Shown: positions 1 to 14,285 of the stretch, one piece after another
Layout of the letters: each line of letters starts with the position of its first letter
How positions within the stretch are numbered: the stretch's first letter is position 1
DNA from: Lama glama
Lineage: Eukaryota
Length of the DNA stretch: 64,000 nt
Direction: 5' to 3'
Assembly: GCA_028534125.1 (NCBI GenBank)
Contig: CM052816.1
Location: 35,094,001 to 35,158,000, forward strand
Notes under the pieces: model-generated
The model's input: the letters and a program-made list of their open reading frames with translations, nothing else
What the model was told of the DNA's origin: nothing
Databases searched by the model: none
Position numbers and translations under genes: made by a program

Positions 1-245
1 TGTAGATACTGACAGGCATATGCAGAATAGATAAACAAGATTATACTGTATAGTACAGGGAAATATATATAAGATCTTGTGGTAGCTCACAGTGAAAAAC
101 AAAATGTGACAATGAATATATGTATAGTTCATGTATAACTGAAAAATTGAGCTCTGCATTGGAATCTGACACAACATTGTAGAATGACTATAACTCAATT
201 TAAAAAATGTAAAAAAAGATAAATAAAATAAAAATTTTAAAAAAG
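1..245 (+). mobile_element. Young lineage-specific L1 3' end with A-rich tail (runs off window start)
   Basis: Highly similar to the copy at 48071-48314 (gattatactgtatag...gatcttgtggtagctcacag...gactataactcaat), followed by an A-rich tail. Confidence 0.85.
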
Positions 246-299
246 ATCCACAGAAAATAAAGAAATAGAACTATACATAAATATATAAAAAATGAAGGT

Positions 300-1195
300 A
301 AAGTCAGGAGAGAAAGGATGCTGGAATAACTGGATATTCATATGCCAAAAATAAGAACTTCAAACCATTACTCTCCTTTAAAAATTAACTTGAAATGTCA
401 TAGACTCAACTATAAATTCTAAAACTATAAATATTATAGAAGTAAACATAGAAAATCTTTGTGATCTTGGATTTGAACTATAAAAGAATAATTTAAACTT
501 CAAAGTTAAAAACTTCTGCTCTTCAAAAGATACTGTTAAGAAAATGAAAAGGTAAGTCAGGCTGAGAGAAAATATTTGAAAATTATATGTCTGATAAAGG
601 ACTTGTATCCAGAATATATAAAGAACCAAGACTCACAAGAAAACAACCCAATTTTTAAAATGGGCAGGTGAATTTATGAATGGCAAATTAGCACATGACA
701 TCATTCGTCAGTTGGGAAATGCAAATTAAAACCACAGTGAAACACTTTCTACACTTTGCAGTAGCCCCAAACAGGAAACAATCCGAAAGTCTTTTCAGGG
801 CTGATAACAAGTGTGATATATTCATATGATATAATTCTACTCAGCAATAAAAAAAATAAACTACTGATAAACATTACAACATGGATGAATCTCAAAATTA
901 CACTGAATCAAACAAACTAGACCAAAAAAAAAGAGGGGGGTAATACAGACTGTATGACTCCATTTATGTAAACTTCTAAGAAATGTAAACTAATGTACAG
1001 TGACAGAAAGCAGATAAGGGGTTGACTGGAACAAGGGGGAGAGAAGGGTGGGAGGGAGGGACTAAAAAGAGGCATAAGGAAAATTGGGGGATGATAGATG
1101 TGTTCATTACTTTGACTGTGGTGGTTTCACAAGTGTTTACATATGTCAGTACAATAAAGTATACATATACAAAGTATACATCAATTATACATCAG
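300..1195 (+). mobile_element. Old L1M (MC/ME-like) ORF2 end and 3' UTR fragments
   Basis: L1 motifs tgctggaataactggatattc, gggaaatgcaaattaaaaccacagtga, acaacatggatgaatctc, tgtatgactccatttat. Confidence 0.8.
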
Positions 1196-1204
1196 TTTTC
1201 AAAA

Positions 1205-1640
1205 AGATGGACAAATTATGGTTATTAAAAATTAGTTATTTGACAGACATTCTATCAAAATTGAGTGAAGTAAGCCTGGCACTTGAAGGAAAAAACAGTT
1301 TTTGTTGCCAGTGACAAAATCCAAGCTTTCAAATAAAAGTTACAACTTTGGAAAACACATACTGGCCACCATCACCACTTTTAACTACTTTTCCAGGGAC
1401 ATCAGCAGTGACATTAATGAACATGAACTTTTGATACTGTATAATGAATTATGTCACTATTTAGAAGATAGTGATAGGATATAACCTGGTCACTAGACAT
1501 TTTCCAAATAAGAAATGACAAAGCATGATGCTACAAATCATGGATTCATCATACAAGTTCAACCAATGGAATTAACGTAACAGTATGAAAAGTCAGTGTG
1601 GTTTCAGAGTCCACACTGCAACTAATCTTCAAGAAAAGTT
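1205..1640 (+). mobile_element. hAT-Charlie (Charlie1-like) DNA transposon transposase remnant
   Basis: ORF 1084-1314 ends in WLLKISYLTDILSKLSEVSLALEGK, resembling the hAT 'W..LAYLADIF.KLN.LNL.LQG' block; disrupted downstream. Confidence 0.75.
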
Positions 1641-1652
1641 AGCAAAGTCTAC

Positions 1653-2250
1653 TGTGGTAGGCAGAATTTGAAGACAGCCTCTCCAAAATGTCCACCCTGA
1701 CCCCTGGAACATGTGAACATGATGAGATATCAGTTCCGTAATTATGTCTGTCACATGGCACAGCTGCCCTAGAGAAAGGGTGATTATCCAGGTGAGCCTG
1801 ATTCAATTATGAGCCCTTTCAAAAAAGCATAGAGTACTCTCCCAGCTTTTTTGAGAAACAAAACAGAACAACAATAACAAAAGAAGTAGAGAAATTCAAG
1901 GAATTTGAATGATGTGACACCCTGGGTCTGAAGATGAAAGAATATAGGAAACCTTAAGGAGCTGGGAGATGCCCCTGGCTTATAGCAAGAAAGGAAACCT
2001 TATTCTATTTCAGCTGCAAGAAATGAGACTCTGCCACCAACATGAAGGAACTTCGTAGTGGATGCTTCCCCAGTACCTCCAGATAAGAACTCAGTTTGAT
2101 ATCCTGATTGTTGGCTTTGTGAGTCCCTGAGCTGAGAACCCAGTTAATCCTGCCTGGACTTCTAACCTACACAACAATGAGGTAATAAATGGATGTTGTT
2201 TAAAGCTGCTAAGTTGTGATCATTTGTTGTGCAGCAATATATTAACCATA
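1653..2250 (+). mobile_element. MaLR solo LTR, MLT1 family (MLT1E-like)
   Basis: Starts tgtggtaggcagaat; ends aataaatggatgttgtttaaagctgctaagttgtgatcatttgttgtgcagcaata, the typical MLT1 3' end. Confidence 0.85.
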
Positions 2251-2269
2251 AATCAAAATGCACATAAAC

Positions 2270-2760
2270 TCAGCTCCAACCATCCCATTGCTTAAAATTT
2301 ACCCAATACATACACTTCAAAACGATACTTAGATATAAATTCACAGACATTAACTGAGCACAATTTAAAATAGAAAAAGCCCCCAAAATAAAAATGGAAA
2401 CAACCAAAGTACCCATAAATAGATTAATTAAATTATATAAAACCATATAATGGAATATTCTGTAGCCATTATAAAGAAAACATAGAACTATATGGATGAA
2501 TATGAAACAATGAAACCATGTTACACTAATAAGAGAAAAAAGATCAGAAATAGTATTATGATTTTAATAATTAAAAGATTTGCATAAAATCAAGGTATCT
2601 ATATTAAATATTTTCCTGGGGAAAAAAAAACACAAAAAGCTAAACAGCAATTAGCTTTGGTATAGGATTAGATTGTTGAGTGGGAGATATTCATTTTTTA
2701 TTTTCTCCTTTCATTACAGTTTGAACTTTCTAATGAAGTTCATTATTCTTAATTATCTAA
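2270..2760 (+). mobile_element. Degraded L1ME-like 3' fragment
   Basis: Weak L1 motifs (ggaaacaaccaaagtacccat, atggaatattctgtagccatta). Confidence 0.55.
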
Positions 2761-4082
2761 AAAAAAAAAAGATCAATAAAGGTTACCAGTTTACTGTCCA
2801 GATAAACACCTCCCTGGCTTGCTTGCAGATTTATCTTTTGTTTTATTCAACTTGGAACTGCCATCAGGAATTTGTTATCCATGTTCCTTTAATCATTCAT
2901 AGTAACAACAAAATCACGTTTCCTCAGCAAGCCTACTCTATCCCTCAAATCTAAGTTTCTCAGTGACATCCGTATTAACTGGGGGCTTCATTTGCACTTA
3001 TGTGAACATTTATATATATTTATAATACTTAAACATTCTATTCTACTTAAAACTCTGGGCTATTCAATTGTTTTTAAAATTTCAGACTGTAGGCTATTTT
3101 TTCCATAACTTTACTAAAACCTACTTTAAGATATAAATCATAAATAGTGTAAATCATGCAATATACATTGCCATCTTGAGGATGAAAATGACCATGCTCT
3201 AGGAATCCTACACTTACATCGTAATAAAGAAATATTCCAAGAGCAATCAAACCAGCAGGACAAAATGAGACCAATTATCCTTAAGTCATAAAGGAATTAT
3301 GTGAACAGTTTTTAAGAGGCAATCTACAATATCAGGTTTATTTGCTATATATTAAAGTTAAGAAGTATTTTTCATATTAAGTTTCTTTTTTAAAAATGAA
3401 TAAATAGGTATTAAGGTAACAAAGTGAATCCTTTTCAGTTATTAAGTATTATTGTTTTTGTAAATCTTTTCAAGATAAAATTTTTACCTTTGATTGTATT
3501 TTCTACAACAGAAAGAAATACAATAGAAGTAACTTAAAAATATACAGTATCAGTTTGATGCTATTCTTGTTTGTTGTCAAAAGTGGCTAACCAAAATACC
3601 TGGAGATGTTGAAAGTCACCAGAAAGAAATATAAGGACAAATTCCTAGAGATTACATTTTTTTTTGTACACATATGAAAGAAGTTCATAGATTGTGACCC
3701 AAAGCATTATGGTATTATTTTGCACAACCAAACAAGAGGATGTGTGGTAATGTACTTGGAAAATGATATACAGTGAACTAAATATACGATAGTACTATCA
3801 TTATTATAAAGTCAAACTAAGTAGACTATTCTTCTAAATAGCCTTTCTCACAGAAACATTACATATAACTAAACTCCATGTATAACCACACTGTAGTAAT
3901 ATATCTTCTCTTAAAAAGGTTGGCTGACATTTTCTAGAAAATAGCATAGTATTATGGACTATAAAAATATCGAGTACGTGTACAAGCTTTTTGTCATCAG
4001 GAAAATGTTAAACAAAATTCTCAAACTTTACAAGGGGAAATCAAAGAGACTGAACATATAAAAGCAGTAAAACATGACATTA

Positions 4083-4244
<162 letters not shown>

Positions 4245-6633
4245 TTAAATAATAAGCATTAATTTATGAACATGAGTAATGTGCACAAGTAGAACACACA
4301 ATTTTTAAAACTTTAGGATGAACCCAAATTACGATAAATAGGATGTATAAATTTTTCATAAATATTGTCAAAATAAAGGTACAAATGAGTCAATTCTTAA
4401 TCCAATTACATATTCATTTAAGAATTATTAGCCACTCTGAATAACAACCATGCTAAATAGCAATAACTTACTCAGTTCAAAGTATATAGAATTCCCTTTA
4501 TAATATCTGATTTTAACCACTCTCACAAAAGCATAGCTGAAAAGTATTAGTGGACTAAAAACCGTACACTGTCAGGGCAGCACTGTACACACTTCATTTA
4601 AAATAAATAAAAGAACAATTTATACTGGTAAATGCTATAGGGTAATCACTTCATATTGAGATTTTAAACTCCATACTTTCTTGATGATCATGATTACTTT
4701 TAAAATAGTAAAAAGTCAAAAGTTTTGAGAAAGCTGGCAGAAGGTTAAAACAATGAGTAATGTAAGACTTAGGCTGAGGCAGAGAAGACCTAGTTTGGAT
4801 AAAGGCATAATTTCAGAGGGCTATAAACGTAGCTTAGACTCATCCATAGGGCTCCAAGTATGAGTTAAAAATAGATTAGACTCCCTCAGAGGCCTGTCTA
4901 CTCTGATGATTTCTGTTACCAAATGTTATTCCATATTATCCTGTTGATACAGTTATAAATGCACTTTCTTTCCTAAGATAATGAAAAAATAACTTCATTT
5001 GAAGAAAGATAAGAGTTCATATATATTTTGTACATGCACAACTAAAGCAGAGACAGCTCTAAAAAATGTTATCAATTGAAAAATATATAATGATTTATAA
5101 ATGAAAAGATAGACTGGGAGGAATTCTAGAGATGAGGAAAATAGTTTGTCAATAACTGAGCTTGCAGTTTCTATGAGAAACTAGAAAGGAAGTTTTAGAA
5201 TATTTGACTTTAATCCAAAATGTCATTTCTTACGTTGAAAAGTGCTTAATAAACAAGTTCCACAAAACAGCCAAGATGAATCCAAATAATATTAAACATC
5301 TAAATATACAGCTCTATCATCTATTAAAGGATATTTGGGAGTTTGCATGAATATAATTTTCATTTTTAACATAAAATTCCATGGTCTCACTTTACAAGAA
5401 GAAAGTAAACTTTTTATTTTGCAATAAAATAAAAAATTAGAGAGCTAGAAGATTAAATATTTTTAAAGAATTTTAGATATAACCTGTATCTTAAAATACC
5501 TATGAATAACAAAAATAATGAGCATATGAACTTCAATTGTGATAGCATACCTTTAAATTACTCATAGAATACTTTTTCTGAATTGCTAATATACATTAAA
5601 AAATTATAATTTTATTCTATAGATAATATTTAATAAATGCACCCGACTAGTTTAATCCATTGCTATAAATATTCATTTTTAGATAATGGAGAAATGACAT
5701 CAAGGTGCTCTCTGCCATGGAACTTTGTTCTTTCATTGCTATGCCCTCTGTTCTCCAATAGTACTTTACAAAAAACTTCAGTTTTATATACAACACCAAC
5801 ATGGAGACAAAACACACACACACACCCCCACACCTTTCTCTCCTCCCCTTTATACCACCAATCTGTGGATCTACATATTCTCCTTCTCCTTCTCTCCCTT
5901 CCATCCAACCATCTCATTCATACGTCCATTTCCACTCTGTCCAAAGCACCTTTCCATTTGTTTTGTGTTTTGATGTATATACCAGATTTTACCACTAATG
6001 TGATAGTTTTAAATATCTGCAACACAGGGCTGGCAAGTTGGAACATTAAATTTTAGCTAAAATAGAAGAAAGAGAAGACTATCATCCTAGAATATCAGAT
6101 AGAAAAGAAACAATATGCAAAATTTGGAACAAATGCCAGAACTGAGTTAAAGAAGAAATCTGAGGTTCTCAGGAAAAAAAAAAAAAAGCTAACAGCTGGA
6201 AATAAAGACTTAAGCAGTATCTAAAGGGTAGGATAGATATAATTATATACCTATATATATGAAAATTATGTCTTTTATATATAGAATACAGTAATATTTT
6301 TATTATAAAGATAATCACAGCATTGCATATATACATATGTGTATATGTATGTGTGATTAAAAAATTGCAATATTTTTTGCTTTTAAGACCAGAAGAATAC
6401 TCAGTATTTTTTAGAATCTGGTTCTTTTGATTGTGATGGCCTAACTAACCTATAATCTAACTCAAAAACAAAAAAACTTTTGTTTCCACATTGTATGATA
6501 AGTGCTTACTTTTGAGGGCTCTGAAAGTGCTTACTTCTACTTCACCTAATCATAATTTAAGACATCTTCAAACTTACACTTTAATGGATCACTTCTGTTA
6601 TAAACACATATTTACATTACTTTAGAGAACTTA

Positions 6634-6768
<135 letters not shown>

Positions 6769-7836
6769 TTACTGTTTGGGGTGTAAGACATCCACGTAAA
6801 TCTTTGCAAAATACAAGGAAAGTATATAATGATGAGTTTTGAGCTAATCAGAGTACTGTCAGCTCAGTGTTTTAAGTGGAAATGAAGATTGGGAATACTG
6901 TTCCTACCAATCTCCCACCTTTAAACATACCCCCCAACACACCAGCCATTTGGGGTATCTGATGTTCGGGGAGAATCGAAAAGGAAAATGGGGGAAAAAA
7001 ATGAAAGAAAATAAAAGGAGAAACTAACACTGTCAGAAGCACTTAAATTTCATTCCACCTAGTTCCCTTTACTCCCTAAGATCTAAATTTTATTAGATTA
7101 AAAATATATATCCATTAATGTTTAAAGATAAAACAAAGATTCTGTGAGGTGACTGGTGGTGTTGATCCACACAGCCGGAGGTCAGCTGGAGAAGACTAGG
7201 GGAGAGGCAACAGATGATGGACAGTCAACAGCCACTGCTGCAGGCTGTCAATCTCTGAAAGGTACCAAGAAGAGGAAGTGCTTGCCCATATGCCAGTGCC
7301 ACCCATGAACTCATTTCTATCAAACGTCTAAAATTCTAAGCTTATCCTCTGGCTAGAACATATTTCAATTTAAAATGCCTTATTTCCAGTTTGAAGTCAC
7401 TTTTATTATAATTGTGAAATAAATAATACAGAGAAGATCTGTAAGTTCAATACAAAAGCTATTTGAGTATTCCCTTCAAGTTCTTCTATGTATACATACA
7501 TTTTTTTACATAGCTATAAGCATAATATGAAAGCACTATATTATAAAAAGCTTCAATGCTATCTTTGTTGAGTAAGAAGTAACTAAAATAGGAGTCTGAT
7601 AATTAGTGAGTTCGAGTTCTAAGCTCAATGTAACTTAACCAATAGTTCAAGATGTATAAATTTTGTTACTAATAATTTAAAATTACTAAAATCCTTATTT
7701 TAATAAATGTATTAAATTACTTCATTAAATAGTTACTATTTTGCTTAATTTAACATTTAATCTATTTAATATTTTAAGTATATTTGAATATTTCAGTGAA
7801 GAATAGTATTATTCTTAAATCTAATATTCAACTCTT

Positions 7837-7945
7837 CTTTTTATTGAAGTATAGTCAGTTACAATGGTCAGATATAATATGCCATTTCTGGTGTACAGCA
7901 TAGTGTTTTAGTCATACATATACATAAATTTGTTTTCATATTCTT
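7837..7945 (-). mobile_element. Short 5'-truncated L1 3' tail with perfect 15-bp TSD
   Basis: TSD taatattcaactctt at 7822-7836 and 7946-7960. Interior is the reverse complement of the L1 tail at 13630-13730. Confidence 0.9.
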
Positions 7946-9129
7946 TAATATTCAACTCTTAACTATTTATTAGAAACAATGATTAATCACTTTTATATGA
8001 AAAGTAAACATAAATTCAACACAGTACACATTCATCACAAACTAGAAGAAAAATTTTCAGCTTTACATCCTTCCCTGTCATTCTAGGATTTTTTCCCTCC
8101 CACAATTATCACATCATTTATTACAACACTGATAGTGTTTAGAGAAGATATTAGTACACATGACTACTGCTGGGCCTCCATCTGAATGATTCTGAAGCAC
8201 TTCCAATTCATCTTGTCTAAAACTTAAATTTTATTCATTAGAGGAAATTTCTTGACTAAATTACCTTTTTCATTTACGAGGACCATTACTCTCTCTACAA
8301 GCATTCAGATCCTTCTTCCAGAATATTTTTGTCTCCCTCCTAGCACCTCAGACACACTAACCTGATTCAAGATCTCATTTTTCTCACCTAAGCTAATCTC
8401 ATCGTCAGCCCCTCATCTCTCCAATCCATCCACCACAACACTACCAGATTCATCTTCCCAAGAGACACTGTGATTATACTACTGCCTTATTTAATATCTA
8501 TCCTTCCATTACATCACTTTTTCAGCCTTTGTCTAACGCCACATCACAGCCTCTGACTAATAACATGTGCCATAATTTCAAATACTTACTGATCCCAAAA
8601 TGTATTGCATGCCTTCTCTACAGCTCCCCTCATCTTCAGAGAACATGCCAACTAAACTTGAAGTCCATTTCTTATGCCCCTCCTTCATGAAGATTTTCTT
8701 GATCTTCTCAAAATTACATATCTCATTCTTGAACACTTACCATCCCATTGCCCCTTTGTACCCTTCTAATGATTTCTGCCCTATATAACCGGTCTTGGTA
8801 CATACTAGGCATTTGAAAATTCTGAACTCTCATTTAACAATCATTACTCAGAAGACTTCAACTCCATCAAGGATGGTCAAGGGTGGAATCCCCAAACACT
8901 GAGAAAAAGACTATCACAGACCACTGCTTCTCCATCCAAAGAGATCAGGAAAAAGCCTAGGACACCCATCACTCCCTACCATTTAGTGGGAACAGCTTCA
9001 TCACCACTACCAGTCTTAAGTTCATGTGGCTAAACTTCATTGTGTGTCTTGTCCATGCTTATGTCAGTCCTCCTAAGGAGATCCTGGTCTTAGGTCCTTA
9101 CCTCCCCCTCTCTAATTCTCATTAGGTTC

Positions 9130-11990
9130 TGCAGACTTCCATTCCACCCATTATCTCCAACTATTTCCCTTCTATCCCCAACTTCCACTGTACCTTCTGG
9201 AATTCATGGTCCATCAAAATCTTATCTTTAACCTATTCATTGGTCATTCTCATCCCCTTCTTGTTGTAACAGAAACCTAGCTCTTAGTTGAGAACACTTA
9301 AATAGTAGGTAAGCTTCATTTCCTAAAATTAAAGAGATGACCCTCCCCCCCCATCTCCACCCCCCATCACACACACCATCATTCTCCCACTACCCTGCAG
9401 ATGGAACAAAGGATTCTATCAGCTCCTTATCACTGCTTTCAAGACATTTTCCATCCTGCATTCCTAGGAAACCCTAGCTTTCAACCTTAATCATTTGATT
9501 ATGTACCTACTACCCCTTACTGTGGCTAGCAGCTACTGAATTTCAAAATATTTCCCCTCATTTATTGACAACTTGTACTCCTGGATCACTGTATCCAGTG
9601 TTTCTCCATCTTAGTACTTTGCAATTTCAATAGACACTTAAAGATCCTCCAAACACTCCAAAAATCTCAATTTCATAACCATGTCTCTTCCAGTGATCTT
9701 GTATCTTCTATGATTATAACTTTGCCCTCACCAATAACACAACTCCTCTGTAGTATCTATTTAATTCACCCCATCTTCTTCTGGCTGGCATCTATTTTTC
9801 TGGCTTACTTCCTCTAATGTCCAGTCTTAAAATCATTTGACCTTATAGGAACTTCCAAATTTTTAGATCCTATTACTTTTTATTGTCCACCACACCCTTA
9901 ATATACTCTCTTGCTTCCTTATTTAGGTTAAATTCCATGGCCAATAATTGTAACAACTGCTTACCATACACCCTCAACTTCTTTGTTCCTCTTAATTTGT
10001 GGAACTCCTTCATCAAACCCACAACATGGATTAAATGCAATACAGCCCACTCTGTACCTATGCAGCTAAATGTGGCTGGAGAAAAATTCACAACCATGTT
10101 GACTAGCTTCATTTTAAATTTATCAACTCAAACCTCTAGGAGGTCCTTAATGCTGCTCAATAGTCATACTACAATTCTCCAGATCATTCACACTCTCATT
10201 CTTCTAATTAACTACTTCCCCCTTATACCACGTTCTCAAAATCACTTTACCTCCCCATACCCTCATTCTTAGCTAATAATTTTGTTTCCTAATTTACTAA
10301 GAAAACTGAAGCATCTAAGGAGAACTTCCAGACATTCAGCCCCACATTTATCTTCTCACCAATCTTCCTTGCTATTATAAAAATGAACTACTGTGTTTCC
10401 ATTAAAGTCAATCCTTCACTGTAAACCAAATTCCATCCCCTCTTACCCACTCAATGATATTACTCTGGCAATTCTCATCTCCTTCCAAAATCATTAATTT
10501 TTCATTTCATCATTCCTAACTGCAAACTAGCATGCTACTTCTCTAGATTAAACAACACACAAACCAATTCTGTTGAAACTAACAACACATGTCTCTGCTT
10601 CCTTTCACAACAAAACTTCGAAGAGTTACATGCTTGCTATCTCTAATCCCTCCGCTCCCATCCTCTCTTAAAAATACTCCAACTTGGCTTTCACGTAAAG
10701 CATTCCAAAGAAAGTACTCAATCAAGTCACCAGTGATCTCTTCAGTGTTAAGTTCAATGGTTCTCCATCATCATCTCACTTGACCTCTTTCTCAGCAGCA
10801 TTTGGCACCATTGATCACTGTCTCCTCTTTGACAGACTTTCTTCTCTTGGCTTCCAAGGCATCACATCTCCTGGTTTACTGCCTTCTAGGAGATTTCTCT
10901 TTCTCACCATCAATTATCTTGCTTCTCTTCTTTCTAGCCTCTTAATTTTTAAGTGACCATGGCTCAATTTCTGTCTCCTTTTCTCTATCTAGACTCACTC
11001 CACTGTTGAACTCATCTAGTCTAATGGCTTTAAATACCATACAAATAAATTACCAAATTTGTAAATGACAACTACTAAATTTGTACTTTTGATCCAGACG
11101 TCTTTTCTAAACTCCAGACTTAACATCCAGTTGTCTTCCTGACAGTTCCACTAGGAAGTCTAACAGCTCAATATGTGCATCCAAACTCCTAACCTTGTCC
11201 CCCCAAACCTCCTGCACCTATGCCCACTGTCCTCTTTGTTTCTTGCCTCACAGAGAATCAGGAAATTCAGTTGGTTCAACTTGAAAAACAAATCCAGAAC
11301 TCACCACTTCTCACCACATCTACCGCCACCACTCTGATCCAGCAACCATCACGCTAAGTTAGACAAGTACAGTAGTTCCCTAACCTTCCAACTCAGCCTA
11401 TTCTCAATACAACAGCCAGAGTGGACTCTGGAATGTAAGATCATGCAGCTCCTCTACTCAGAATCGTCCACCAGCTTACCTTTTCACACATACTTAGAGC
11501 CAAAGTAATTACAGTGACCTACAAGGCTCTGCATGATCCATACCCTCACCTCCTCACTGACTTCCTGTTCTATCAGTCTTCCTGGCTTACTCAGTTACAG
11601 GCAAACTATCTCACTTGCTCCTCTAATGTAATTTGCAGGGTTCTGCCCAGAACCCTCTTCCTCATATGTCAGAATAGCTAGATCCCTCCTCTCCAAGTAA
11701 CAATTTTAATAAGGCACACCCAAATGTCCCTGCTACAAATTAGAACTCCAACGCAGTAACACTAACAGATTATACACGCCTATGCTTCTCACAAGGTTTA
11801 AGCTCCCTTTAACACTATAAAACTTACCTATGTATTAAGTTTGATGTTTATGTGTCTTTCTCTCTTGGATAAAATATGTGGTCCATAAGGGGAAGGATAT
11901 TTGTCTGCTTTGTTTAGTGACATATTACAAGTGCCTAGAAGAGTGCCTGACACATAGCAGGCATTCAATAAATACTTCAGGGGTGAATAA
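9130..11990 (+). mobile_element. Long LINE-2 (L2a-like) fossil: endonuclease and RT remnants plus 3' end
   Basis: LLVVTET*L at ~9257; VLCNFNRH at ~9614 (cf. LGDFNIH); LDL..SAAFGTIDH at ~10780-10820; 3' end gtgcctgacacatagcaggcattcaataaatac...gaataaa. Confidence 0.85.
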
Positions 11991-13366
11991 AATATTTCCT
12001 GAATACCAACTATATATCAAGTACAGTCTACAGGAACATAGTACCAACAAAAAAATAAGTTCTTGTCTCAACCTTACATTACCATTAAATTCCAAAGTCC
12101 GTAAATAGAGGAACCATGGCTAATTCTCTTTTTTTTTTCACCCATGAACTTTCAAGCAATATACTATATGTATTTATTCAGAAGAGTAATGAAAATATGA
12201 AATGGTAAGTTTTACTCAAAAACATTAGCTAAAATTAAGCTATACAGTGTCTCTAAGGTTGAAGTGTTTTCTTTAAAATGATTAAATTTATTAAAACTGA
12301 CATCATACCACTGCCTTGTCATTGAAAATAATTATTCTTTGAAATAGCCTAAGGACCTAAAGGCTAAAAATCCTAATATGTGGAATACCATATCGCATAT
12401 TAAACTAAACATAAAAATAATTGAAATATTTCACTTTAACCGAAATTGTATTTTTCTTAGTACTGAAAAATCTGCCCTACTCAACACACTATTTCAAGTA
12501 AGTGGTTTAGTTTTATAACTTATTATTTACTTGTATTTTCATGGAAATTTACTTAATTTCCTTGTAATAATTTTTGGCCCAATCTCTGCTACTGGGTTAT
12601 TGACCTGAAGTAATGAATAAGAAGGAATATTTCCTTAAGAATGATGACCACAGCACAGAGGAAATAAACACATCAGCTACTGCTTTTAGCTTGAAATTCT
12701 CCAGCATTTACTAAGGAAGTATTAGCAGTCAATAGAAACTGCTTTCTAATAGCAATTTAATGTTTGCATTTGGAAATAATATTTTAAAATATTAAGGATT
12801 CTGGAAGGTAGATTATTTCAACAGAGATTTACTTTCTCAATACACATCAGGGCTAAAAAATGGGAAATCTGTCAATTCATCAAGTTCACATTTGAATCAA
12901 AAAAGCAGCGAATCATCATTTACTTCTCTACTCAAAATGCTGAGCCTTAAAGTCTAGTACTGATCACTCAGGAATGTATGAGTGATAGTTTTCCCTAAAT
13001 AGTTGGATTTTATACTATTTTTCACATTTCATTATGAACCTAAACTCAACTCACACTTTCTAATGTAAGCATCACTGATTAAGTCATTGACAAAGAAGTG
13101 AGTATTTACCTATTGGAACTGAGTCATAAATAAACTATATATTTAAAAATAAACAATTTCATTAATGATTAAACATCCATCATTATTGTTAGACATAATA
13201 CACTTTCATATGGCCTACGTGTTGGAAGAAACTTCCAACTAGGCTGGAAGAAAGGGACTTTCATCATGTACAGCTGCCTCCACTGACCACTAACAGAGCT
13301 AGCTCAAAATGAACATACTGAAATGTGTCTCATCCATGTAATTTTCAGGTTGAAATAACATGTACA

Positions 13367-13748
13367 CCAGAAAGAGAAAGAAAAATACCATATGATATCA
13401 CTTATATGTGGAATCTAAGGGAAAAAAAGACAAACTTATTTACAAAACAGAAACAGACTCACAGACAGAGAAAACAAACTTATGGTTACCAGGGGGGAAG
13501 CAGGTAGGAAGGGATAAATTGGGAATTTGAGATTTGCAGATACTAATATATATAAAATAAACAAACAACAGGATTATACTGTATAGCACAGGGAACTATA
13601 TTTAATATCTTGTAGTAACTTATGGTAAAAGAATATGAAAACGAATATATGTATGTTCATGTATAACTGAAGTATTATGCTGTACACCAGAAACTGACAC
13701 ATTGTAAACTGTCTATACTTCGATAAAAATATGTATACAAAAAAAAGA
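13367..13748 (+). mobile_element. L1 3' UTR fragment (camelid/artiodactyl type) with A tail
   Basis: ccagaaagagaaagaaaaataccatatgatatcacttatatgtggaatc ... tactgtatagcacagggaactatat ... ctatacttcgataaaa. Confidence 0.9.
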
Positions 13749-14228
13749 AACATTTCCAATCTTCTCACATGCTGTGATTCTATATACAACCTTGAAACCC
13801 CAAAAGAGCAGTATTGCTTTTTTTTTTTTTTTGAACTATCAGGTATAACCAGAAACAAATGGATTAAGACTAAGGTGTTTAAACTTCTATTACCTCACAG
13901 TTTCTTTTGAAATCTCAGCTCACTAGTTTTGGCTTTACTACCCTGTAATAAAATTTTTGTGGATTTTAGTCCTTTCAGAGGAAAATATACATACACTATT
14001 TTAAAAAGTCAAGATAATCCTTAAACTTTTCAAAGATTTTCACACTTCTGTTTCAGTAACCACCACAGCATTCCTAACAGATATGGTACTGTGTTCTTCC
14101 AGGTTCATGTGTAAATGTGCCTTTCTGTGTGCTGGAATATATGAAAGGCTTTGAAGAAAATAAAGGAATCTACAGAGTTCACAATAGCTATAAAGGCTTT
14201 TGGTTGTTCAGCTGAATGGACTACATAC

Positions 14229-14285
14229 CTTGCCTATTAATTCTCCCAGTATGACATCTTCATGATTGAGAACCCATTTCTTGTC
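14229..14285 (-). CDS. FER: FER coding exon, 57 nt (about exon 14 by human numbering): DKKWVLNHEDVILGELIGK
   Basis: Minus strand: acceptor tttctttgctgtag|GACAAG, donor GGCAAG|gtatgt; phase 0/0. Translation matches the FER SH2-kinase linker and start of subdomain I. Confidence 0.97.

Noticed and set aside
5637..6056. Stack of five ORFs
   Set aside because: Produced by a low-complexity C/T- and CA-rich stretch.
9883..10272. 129-aa ORF
   Set aside because: Chance open frame inside the L2 fossil.
13361..13693. 13-bp direct repeat tgtacaccagaaa as a TSD
   Set aside because: The second copy is internal L1 sequence upstream of the tail, so it cannot be a TSD; likely coincidence.
13894..13942. Possible 49-nt cryptic exon (ttattacag|GGTAGT...GTGAG|gtaata, GSKAKTSELRFQKKL*)
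   Set aside because: Almost no polypyrimidine tract; within chance expectation without transcript evidence.
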